From Lingula anatina (Eukaryota; Animalia; Brachiopoda), in contig CM120642.1 of NCBI GenBank assembly GCA_051362555.1, forward strand, positions 14,074,001-14,138,000: a stretch of 64,000 bases of DNA, read 5' to 3'. This document shows positions 53,701-64,000 of the stretch, in pieces; position 1 is the stretch's first letter; every line of letters begins with the position of its first letter. The notes beneath the pieces are model-generated. The model made no database searches. It saw only the letters and a program-made list of their open reading frames with translations, and was not told the origin of the DNA. Both the position numbers and the translations under genes were made by a program.

Positions 53701-55489
53701 GAATCACCTTGTTAAACTGTTTCAGTTTTCTATATCTCAGAAACAAAACAAGACTTCCACTTTTATGTTAACTTTCTTTTTGGTCCTAAATGTTAGTGTT
53801 GCAAGCACATTAGTCACTGTTTCGATTATTTTGCCTGTGGTCGGTGGTTTTCTTTTGTTTATGCCCCCTGACACACCATGCAGAATGACTTGTAAAACAA
53901 ACTTTAATCAACATCAAAAATGCTTTGTGTAGTATAGTGGCAAAGACCTTAAAGGTTTACGTACCATTTTACAACAAGAAGTCAAGAGCTTTATACAAAG
54001 ACTTGAACTTAAGACCCCCGGTTTATACACTGTGACAATACAGAAGAAAAGACTCCATTGACAGGTTGTGCATTGGTGTAGAGAGATTTTGGGCTGTGAT
54101 AGCTCAAGAAAGATCTTGCCATAAGATGGAGGCGGTTCATGATTGAAGTTGTAAAGTTTTCTTCAACGACTATGCGCTCTTGCTCTCTTACTTGCACGCA
54201 CACATGCACATGGATAACAGAATCTGTATTAGTGCTCATTCATACAGATAGTTAGAAGATGAGGTTTCAAGCCCGATCCACCTGCTGGGTCATCTGAATA
54301 ATACAACACAATGCTTCCTACTCGGCACTGGGAGAGACTTCCTGAAGGGGAATAGGGAAAGGGGAGGGGGCAAGCTTATATCACATTTTATGCAGGATTA
54401 TCCTTTCAAATGAAAAAAAAATGAGATCCATGAATGCCATATATGGGTGGGTGTAAACTGTTTTGAAACAGGATTAAAAAGTTTTGAAGTACAGCCAAAT
54501 TTAAACGCCAGTAACATTCACTGATCTGAAAGAAATTACATTTCACACACCGGTTGTATTACAAGCAATACTTGCTCAACATACAACTTGAATTGGTTCA
54601 TTTGTTTGGTTTTTGCAAGACTTCTGCATCCGTCATGATGTTCTCTATAGCCCACACTAGTTTTTCACCTGTTTTCTGTTGCCAAGACAAAAATCACCAG
54701 TTTTACGCACACACACAAAAAAAAAAAAAAAAGGAAAGGAAAGTGAAAGAAAAAAGCAAGAAAGAAAAGGAAGTAAAAAAAAACAAACAAAGGAAAAAAA
54801 ACCCTGGGTCTATGCTAGCGTAGATCATTTTTGCCAGGTGCTTCATTTAAAACAATGAATATGTGACTTTGAATTATGAATGACTTTTTCCATATGCTGT
54901 CTTGTCATTCACCCTTCTTGCCATCCTTTAACTTTGGGAATTGATGAATATCATATATAAGCTGCTTGCAAATCTCTATTCTTTCTACTTCAATAACTTT
55001 GTATAACATGACATTGATCATATGCCTCAGAAGCCATCTTCACAGAAAACTGACAATTGCAAGCTTTGAGCCCTGAAAGCTGCCCTACTTTTCTTTGAAA
55101 GTTGACCAAATGGCAAATTGTCCAACTTCCAGATTTGCTCTGTGACTTCACTATTAACTGGACAGACTTTTCAATTCGGGAGGCGGCATGAAAGGAAATT
55201 GATTTTCCACCATCCTGAACTGATGAAGAGAGATGAAAGATTTTACAGCTTCAAACAAAATTCCGTCCACTATAGCTGTAAATGTGGAGGAAATCCCAGC
55301 CCTTTGATACAACATTGCTCATAAAACACTTTATTATTCTGACATGAAAAAGACCGCATGGGTAACATAATATGATATAGGATTATGGTGGCTAGTTGGC
55401 AGGGAAGGAGGACATATTGTCTGAAATTGAATATGACCAGTGAAGCAAGGCAAAAAAGAAAATGTTCACAAAAAATATAAGCAATTTAT

Positions 55490-55536
<47 letters not shown>

Positions 55537-55899
55537 GAAAGAGAAAAAACTTTGAAATACAAAAGATAAAAATAATGGGCTTAATAAAAAAAAATTATAG
55601 AAAAAATACATCAAGCGATATTTACGAATGGAGAACTGAAAATGATTCCCACAAAGCAGAGTTTCAACAAAATAAACATTTTCATTGACCAACAAAAAAT
55701 ACTGTTTCTACTAAATCTTGGCAGCTAACTGTTAAAGCAAATAACCACATCACCAGCTGGCCTCTCAGACCAGCAGCAGACTGACAAAAAAAAAAAAAAA
55801 TGACCATGTTGCCAAACCACTGCAACATTCAACTGACCATCAAAGAAGGTGACCACAGCACTAACCTGGTCTGGTGATCACTGAGCTACTTGCCGCCAG

Positions 55900-55948
55900 A
55901 TGTTACCATGTTACCGCTCCAGCCATGTTACCATGTTACCGCTCCAGC
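55900..55948. repeat. 25 bp tandem duplication
   Basis: atgttaccatgttaccgctccagcc occurs twice. Confidence 0.85.
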
Positions 55949-58862
55949 CAATGGTTCTACAAAAGGGATCTCAGTGACCATATTGCATCCAAAACCAGCA
56001 AGGTAAGTCTAAAGAGCATCCAATACCCTTCTCACTGTGACTTTAACCTAAACTGGTAACAGTAATATTATGTCACTTGATTGCAGTAGGTGTAGTATGG
56101 GTAAATACATACCCAGAGATGCTATATGGTGGATTATATATATATGCTTTATTTTGTTTCAGGTTTTTTTTTTATTTCAATGAAATGCAAGTTCTTTGCC
56201 TTGATATGGATGTCAAATAAAACACTGCCACCCTCTTGTGATGCATGCCTTGAACACCTCTATCTAATGCTCAAAGTGTTCGGGCATATATTGCTCAGGT
56301 GACAGTGTATTATCTTACATGCGAATCTTGGTGGCATTATGGTTCCCAACGAGAATTCTACGTAATCTGATGACAGTGAGAGTACCTTGGTTAAAGCTGT
56401 GTGAATCTTTAAGAACCTGTATCAATATTTTGAGCTTTTGTTACTTATTTCCCACCTCCAGCAAATGTTTTTATGTTTTTATCGCATCACATCTTGTCTA
56501 TTTTAAGTTTCAGGTTGTTTCTGACTGTATTTTCTCAGATGCGAAATAGTATAGGAAATAATTAATTAATAGCACTTTGACATTTACGTATTTGCAGGAA
56601 TGCGGGTATACACATTAGGATTTGTAAATTGATGTAATAATATGTGGTTGTGTAAGATGTTCATTAATACAATTGTTAATTTAACAAATATCAATACATA
56701 ACTGACCAGATTTCTTGATTTTATTTAAGCTTTGTATAATGGTAGAGATTTTACCCAAAAAAGGGGAATAAATTGTTTTTAACCCATCAATACATGAACT
56801 TGATTAGAAAAATTTGATTTTGTGGTCTCCACCCAAGTGGGAACTGCCGCTAGACCTCCACCGCACACCTGCATTTTGCTGGAATTAATATTGTTAATAA
56901 GAGCTAATTAATAGATGACTTATTGGTCTACTGTGAGATTTAAAACTCTTAAATAACAGGTTCATTAATTTGTTTGTCTGTAAATATTAGATTATGCAAA
57001 ACGAATTCTTTCTACCAGAAAGGAAAACATGGTGAAATTAGTTCTGTCAATTAATCTCACCTATGGATTGTTTACACAGAAAACAGTCAAATGTGTATAA
57101 TAAATGTTTGGACAAAACTTACACAAAGGTGTCAAAATGACTAAAAAATTGAAATTTTTACATTTGGCCCTTTGCTCTGGCATGCAAATTAAAACTTGGC
57201 CTTATTACAGACAATTAAGCAGAACTTGTCCAGTCAAATCCCTGTACATATCAATCATGGATGACATTGTGTGCACATCCACTCAGTGTCCTGTCTCCTA
57301 ATGCACACAGATATGAATGAAAGGCTTGTTTTGGTGGGTGACATGATGATAAATTGTTCGTGTGCCATCCAAATCTATTGAAGGCTAATGCATGGCACTT
57401 GAAGAATGCCCAGCTGTTTTGACCAATTTGTTGGCTGAGGTCGGTGAGAGAGAGAAAGGGGGGGGAGGGAGGAATGAAACAGAAGAATGGTAAGAACGAT
57501 GATTTAGAATGGGAAAGTGAAAGTGGAGAGATGAGGAGAGAAGGCATGAAATAAAGAGGAAAAGAGGATAGAAATAAATACTGCTTGAGAATGTAATAGG
57601 AGATGAGCAAGGGGTTGAAGGGGGGAGGAGGAAAGAGTTCTGAATTGGAAATCACAGGAGGCAAGGCCTTCATGAAAACTGCATCTGTGCTTGATTTCTG
57701 TTTATATTTGAAGCACGATGTTTAAATACTTGTGTAGTTTTTATGTTTTCCTGCAGTATGCTGTATACTGCAGAATAAAAAATTACCAAATCTTTGAAAA
57801 AGTTGCATTTAACTGATGAAATTCTGTTGCAAATAATCAGTTTTGTAATTTATAATTGTCTGGTTTTCTTTCTTTGTTTTTGCATTTGTTCTTTCTATCT
57901 CATTCATTTTATTGTGAAAAGTAAAAATCAATTAAATCAAAACACCTTGATGTTTAAAAATGTTATTGTGAATGGCTAGATGCCTTGCAAGTGGAAACAA
58001 TTGTGAAAATTTGATTTAAGATATATACCGTCTCCATGATTATAATCATCAAATGAATATATAATGAACCTGGATTGTGTTGGAGATAAATAAAAATAAA
58101 ATCTGTTAAAGATGACAAACTTTTATGAGTTATTTTTCTACACAATCTGAGAAAGCAAAACTCCCTGTCTCGATGTGTGTTCACAGCAGGATAAAGTGGA
58201 TCGGGAGAAGTCTAACTGATGATACCAAACAGCCAGGTAATTCAACACTCATCAATCAGGTAGTTATGTGTTTTCAGCTCATCATTTTAGTTTAAGATAG
58301 AACTGTTCTGAATGCACTTTGAGTGTACCAAGGAAATCATACAGACTGCCAATCTGGCTGATGTGAACCTCTCCTGTTAGATATGTTTTTTCCGTGTGTT
58401 GCTGCCCTTCCTGCTGCTAGTGTTTATCCCAGTTAGGGTGGAGTCCCCAATTATGTTGCAGTTATGAACAAACTAGATCATCTACTAGGGTAATGAGCAG
58501 ACTTTTAAATGCCACAAGACCTCAGCTTATGGAGAAGGGTCTAGCAGAAGGTTACCAAGGACTGCTCATTTCCTCCCCTGTCCAATCACACAGGTCTGAA
58601 AACCATGCTCCCAGAGGCTTGCTGCGTATTTGAATATATTTCCAATGTCTGGTGGAGAGGCTGTGAGGTACAATATGCAGGAATGATTTCAATAACTCAC
58701 CGAGATTTACCGTTTATGCTGTGGCAGTTGCAGGTTATTTGCATGATGTATGTACGTGTGTGCGTGCATACACGTCCAAGTTAAAGAGTTTACATTTGCC
58801 CATGCCTTGGGGGTTAATATTTTTCACCATTCACTTGCACAATCTGGTTTATTTTTATCTAA

Positions 58863-59094
58863 GACTGGGTTCCCATACCTAGATCGATCTAACAGGATCG
58901 GTCCATCTACAAGGGGTTTCTGTTAATTTGCTTTCAGTGCCTAATAAAACTGCTAAACGATAAGTAATTACCCCCTAGCTGCTTCAGCAGGCGTGACAGA
59001 CATCAAAGCTGCTTTAGTTGATTGCAATTTAGCGAGAATCCCCTTGGAGATAGATCGATCCACAGTTAGTACAATAGGCTTTGGGAATGGTCTC
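58863..59094 (+). mobile_element. Harbinger/Tourist-like MITE, copy C
   Basis: gactgggttcccatacctagatcgatc...gggaatggtctc flanked by TAA on both sides (58860-58862 and 59095-59097). Homologous to copies B and D. Confidence 0.88.
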
Positions 59095-59646
59095 TAAGAA
59101 TCATACAATTTGCTATGCAAATTTAGCATCCAAAAGTTACAATTCACTTGCACATAACTCGGGGACTAGTGTAGTTTCTAACCGGTGTGTATACCTTATT
59201 TTGTAAAGAGGTACGTGTTACTTTACTTACTTGCTTAATGATTTTGTCAAGTGCTGTCATATATTATCATCATCAGTTGAGTGAGATTAATTTCATTTGT
59301 CTTATATGTTGTATTTCAACCACAACTGATTTTTACCACAAAGATGAAAACTGGGGCATACGTAATGATGTAATTTAAGCATTAATTTTGAAAATATGTA
59401 ATATATAAATTAATTTTTGTTGGATAGAGGTTTAGGCAGAAGTCTTATCCTGGTATTCTCCTCTCTGGTAAATTTTGTATGCATCATTTTGGGAATCACA
59501 GAATCATATTTTTCAAAATCTCTTTATAAGACAAAGTAAAAAAAGGAAACAAATCTGTATGTCATCACTCCCATCAGACACCCCATTTAATAAAGGTGTC
59601 ATACTGGTGTCTGTTTGTGACTTTGTCCTCTGAGCATTAGTGTAAG

Positions 59647-59975
59647 TGATTTGCTCTGTCACCTACTTACCCCAGGTAAGTTTGGGGGGGGGGGCACCTA
59701 GATTTTTCTGCGTGAGTGCATTTTGTCTGCCCCCCTCTCACCTTCCCCTTTAACCCCACGACTATGATGTGCTCTATCCTATACCTACACCAGGTAATTT
59801 GGCCTCACCTAGATTTTTCTGCATGAGCGCATTTTGTCTCGCCCCCCCCCTCCCCACATCACCCCACATCAATGATTTGCTATATCCTACATCCACACCA
59901 GGTTATTTTGGGTGCTCTCAAGTCCATCTACAGACATATACACATTTTGTCTGATGTTGATTTACTACATCCGCC
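59647..59975. repeat. Diverged ~110-120 bp tandem repeat, about 3 units
   Basis: Recurring tgat.tgct.t.tc...ccaggt.a.ttgg...cattttgtct; the first two units also share cacctagatttttctgc.tgag.gcattttgtct. Confidence 0.75.
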
Positions 59976-60680
59976 CAGTCAGATGATCCAATTGGCCGGC
60001 CATCTTCAAGGTTTGCTTTAGTTAATCAATGTACGGAAATGTAGAAGACAGGATGAGGCGGCTGACTTGATGCTTTGATGCTCTCTTGACGCACATAGGG
60101 AAAAGGTATTAACATCCTGAAATGAACCGCTTCCACAGAAGTTCACATTTCAGAACTCATAATTTGATTTAAACAAATCTAATCTTCCCTTGAGCCTGGC
60201 TGTGGTACGTCATGAAAAACATTATGTGTGGCTGGGGTATAATTATTGACGTAAAATGATGAGTTAAATTATCAAGAAAAGCCATTCTTCAAGTGCAAAT
60301 GGTAGATAAATGATATTATAGCATTTCCTGTATAGTGATTGTTCTACATATATGGAGCACAAATGTTTCATGTAAGCTCCTATTTTGAAATGTTATTAAT
60401 CTGAAATAAAATGTACAAGTGCATGTTGCTGATGCCTATAGTAAATGAAGATTGATCTTCAAACAGAAAAAAAGACAATTATGATGCAAAAAATAACTCA
60501 AAAATCAGCATTAATATTATGCAAAAACTGTGTTATTAAGCATAATGATTAAAAAAGAAAGAACTTCGCCTATATCTACAGTAAAAGCCTTTTTATTTCT
60601 GTTAGATGCGTGTTCAACTATTGAATTTTTGTTTTATTCTAAGATGTAGCTACAGGATATAACTGTAAATTTGGTTTGAT

Positions 60681-60759
60681 TGTTGTAGATAAATATTGTT
60701 AAATGTGTTATTATTACTTGCTGTTGTAGACAAATATTGTTAAATATGCTATTATTACT
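60681..60759. repeat. 41 bp-period tandem duplication
   Basis: tgttgtaga.aaatattgttaaat.tg.tattattact occurs twice. Confidence 0.85.
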
Positions 60760-61073
60760 AGCCTGTGGAATTTAAGTTCATAAATTGGTTATCTTATGTG
60801 TGATGTAATTAACGTCCAGAAATGTCCATGTCCTATACATTTTATGTATTTAGAAAGTCAGATTCATGAAGAATCAGCTTTGATGTCAGATTTACTAACT
60901 TCCCTAACAAGGTTTTGTTAGATAATGTTCCTATGTGGGAAGCCATTAGTAGATCGCGTCAGTTAATTAATTTAAGATGATAGTTTCTATAAGTCAGTTG
61001 TAAAAGAAGCCAACCTTGTTCTGGTATATATTCTGTATGTAAGAAAAATTGTTGCTAAAAAGGATAGAGCTAA

Positions 61074-61431
61074 GACCCCATTCCCATACCTAGATCGATC
61101 TAGCTGGATTCAAACAGAAAGTGTAATGCATTTAATGTCATTCCATCTTTCTCAATTGCATCTAGCACCAACAGCTCATGAAAATGTACTGTTTTGAACA
61201 TCTAGCAGGATCGGTCCATCTCCGAGGGGGTTCTCGCTAAATTGCACTCAGCTCAAGTGGCTTAGATGACTGGCACGCCTTCTGAAGCCGCTGAAAGAGA
61301 GTTAAATACCCCGTAACAACTTCAGTAGGTGTCCAAGACATGAGAGCCATTTAAGCTGATTGCAATTTAGCAAGAATTCCCTCGGAGATGGACCAATCCA
61401 GCTAGATCAATCCAGGTATGGGAATGGGGTG
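61074..61431 (+). mobile_element. Harbinger/Tourist-like MITE, copy D, with a ~100 bp insertion in the left TIR
   Basis: TIRs gaccccattcccatacctagatcgatctagctggat and atccagctagatcaatccaggtatgggaatggggt. The interior is homologous to copies B and C. Confidence 0.85.
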
Positions 61432-63410
61432 TTGGACACAGCTACAAGCAGGACATTGTTTCTTGGTGCTATCCCAATTTATGTCATCTGCAGTAAACGG
61501 CTGACTTTTGAAACCCCATAGATCTGGTGTCTTTTTACCCAATCTACCCATGTCAACAGGACTTCTTTACAGACAATGAGGATAGACAAAGATGATCTGA
61601 CAGCACACACAGAATGGCGGCAACTACATTATCATCTCCTAGCTGGATTCAAACAGAAAGTGTAGTGCATTTAATGTCATTCCATCTTTCTCAGTTACAG
61701 CTAGCACCAACAACTCATGAAAATGTACTGTAAATGCTATCAATGATTAGACTGGTTTATGTAGCAAGAGTCATGGCTTCACATTTTATTTCTTTTTACC
61801 AGATATCCAAAAACCAGTTCTTACTTTGGCATGCAGGTTACCATGTAGGTTATACATCTAATTTCTCTTTGCGATGGAATTTCCTGGGAGTTTCCTGGAA
61901 ACCGAGATCAGTAACCGTGGTAATGTCAGGTGGGAAATTGGTGCAGAGCAGGGGCTGAAAGGAAGGGGGAGGGGGGAGGCGGAACACGTCCAACACTATC
62001 ATGTATTTATGGAATGGCACAAATCTGAATGAAAATGAAGAGTTCATTTTTACCATATTCAATTGTACTGCAATGTAGTTCGTTTGCAAAACTTAAACAA
62101 TTGATACATTGATAGAAATGAAGGTTATTTTAATCAATAACCATATCCTGCAAAGGCCCAATTTTTGTAATGTGCCATACAGCAGTTTAATTTCAAACAT
62201 TTTTTCTGAAATCTTTCTTCGTGGTAATGAGCAACCATATGGTTACAATTCCTTATCAATTTATCACATCGATTTAATGTACATATTGAAAACCATTTTT
62301 ATTTTTGGAATTATAAATATGCGTAAAAATCACACAAAAATGAATTTCTGCAATGTTTGCGTTTCTCAGAGAATATATTGTGGCTTTACCTCAATGTGTT
62401 TTCTCTCTGCAGAAGCCTCAGATTTGGACTGAACTTACTCTCCCAATATGAACCAGATAGTTCTTGTACTTTTGACGTCAATGGCTGCTCCACTTCATCA
62501 TCTTCACTCGTTCCACTAATCCACCACAGGGGACTCCACGTAAAAACAAGGGCAAAAGATGAGCATGGGAAGCTCAATGTTTTGGTTACCCTGCACAGCT
62601 ACATTATATCTTTACTCTCATGGCCCCAAACATGTGTATCCACATCTGCCCTATCAGTTGTGTAAAGGAAGTTGAGAGTGATAGAATAATCTCTTAACCA
62701 AGCCTGAGCTTTCATCCCTGACCAAAAAAAAAAGTAGAAAAAAAAAGGGTCGAGTTGAAACCCAAGTGTAATGAAACTGAGTAATTCCACTACAACTTTT
62801 TATCTTACATTGTGTGCCATTTGCAGTAAAAGTTCTGATAAGATGTGGGGGTGGGAGATATAATTGGACTTCTGGCTAAATATATAATAAGACAAGAAAA
62901 AAGATGTATATATATATACTTACAGACATACAGATTACAAAGAAAAGAGAAACCTTTAATAAACTTTGAGGACTTTACATTTATTCCTTTGTTGATAAGA
63001 ATGCAAATTTAGATGGTATATATCCCACTTCATAACTACATTTTACTAAATAACTAGTTAATAACAGTTAATTTACCATGAATTTGAAAATGGTGTTTCA
63101 AGTTGGGCAGACTTAACTTTGTACAACCAATCTCATCATGTTGTATGATTATGGCTAGCTCACCACAGAAGCCAATCTGATTGCATGAATTCTCTCTCTC
63201 TCTCTCTCTCTCTGGGATGGGAGAAAAGAGGGATTAGATTTACTACTGGTGAGCTAATCATGGGCAGGTGCCACAAAGGAGTTACAGCCTAAACATTGTT
63301 CTACAAACTTTTGGGCCAAAAATTTTGACTGACTTGGATGGTAAATCCTGTGTTCAATGCAAATAATATTGCAACTGGATTACTGCAACTGTCCCTGTTC
63401 ATGCAAGGAC

Positions 63411-63584
63411 GGGGGCGTCTCGATAGTCCGAAGGTTCGTTGGTCCGAAGGTTCATTGGTCCGAAAAGTGGTAACATTTTCATCGATTTTTTAATCAAGGG
63501 TTCATTGGTCCGAAGGTTCTATAGTGAATATTCGGACCAATGAACCTTAGGACTATTGAACCTGCGGACTATCGAGACGCCCCC
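63411..63584. mobile_element. Foldback-like non-autonomous TIR element with 16 bp subterminal repeats and a 12-14 bp flanking direct repeat
   Basis: 20 bp perfect TIR gggggcgtctcgatagtccg extending imperfectly to ~54 bp, and internal ggttcattggtccgaa repeats in both orientations. gttcatgcaaggac occurs at 63397-63410 and 63585-63598. Confidence 0.88.
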
Positions 63585-64000
63585 GTTCATGCAAGGACTG
63601 GCTTAAATGGAAATCTACCATTATGTTCCATTTTTACATCATGGGTGACCTACCCAACAGGGTCCTTTCATAATTCTCCAATAATCCCAGTCACCACAGC
63701 GCATGCATTTCATCCAACTTAATAAGATTCTAAACAACACATTTTAGTTTATTTCCCATTCCCAGTTATTCCTGTGTCTGAAAGTGCCAGCAGGAACCTA
63801 CTCCATCAAAATGCCCGTCCCCAATGTCAATCAGTGTACAAGCGTGATTATTTATATCTACGCTATGGTATCATTTGTGTATAAATTTACTCTTCCTTAT
63901 TTTAAACTGTCTAATCAATCTGTCTAAACAGACTAATCAATCAATTAATCACCCAAACAGTGAGGGTACATGCACTTATCATTTCTTTGCCAACTGGAAG

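Noticed and set aside
54009-54239. 76 aa minus-strand ORF as a possible exon
   Set aside because: No clear splice boundaries or recognisable protein similarity.
62357-62665. 102 aa ORF with a good acceptor (ttctctctgcAG near 62412)
   Set aside because: No recognisable protein and no partner exon; it cannot be supported without RNA data.
63411-63584. Short regularly spaced repeats as a CRISPR-like array
   Set aside because: No unique spacers, the repeats are inverted within TIR arms, the context is eukaryotic and there are no cas genes.

Overview
Eukaryotic, AT-rich, intron-containing invertebrate-type genomic DNA; a lophotrochozoan or mollusc origin is only an inference from repeat style and CpG mosaicism. 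Two protein-coding genes are supported, both on the + strand. The first is the last three coding exons of eIF5B (683-986, 4607-4768, 10598-10705). The second is a Sprouty gene with a single coding exon (36367-37269) and a ~1.1 kb 3' UTR. The ~25 kb between them is visibly CpG-rich and carries candidate ETS/AP-1/CRE regulatory elements, whereas the eIF5B body and 38.6-64 kb are CpG-depleted. Non-autonomous mobile elements include a Helentron/DINE-1-like element, a Tc1-like MITE, a four-copy Harbinger/Tourist-like MITE family, and a TIR element with an unusually long 12-14 bp flanking duplication. There are also several short tandem duplications. I could not support a wholly new biological system. 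The best leads are the long-TSD element, a templated insertion inside one MITE, a degenerate hammerhead-like motif in a Penelope-like tandem, and the CpG-rich domain around sprouty. Apart from the eIF5B and Sprouty ORFs, nearly all ORFs in the supplied track look spurious.
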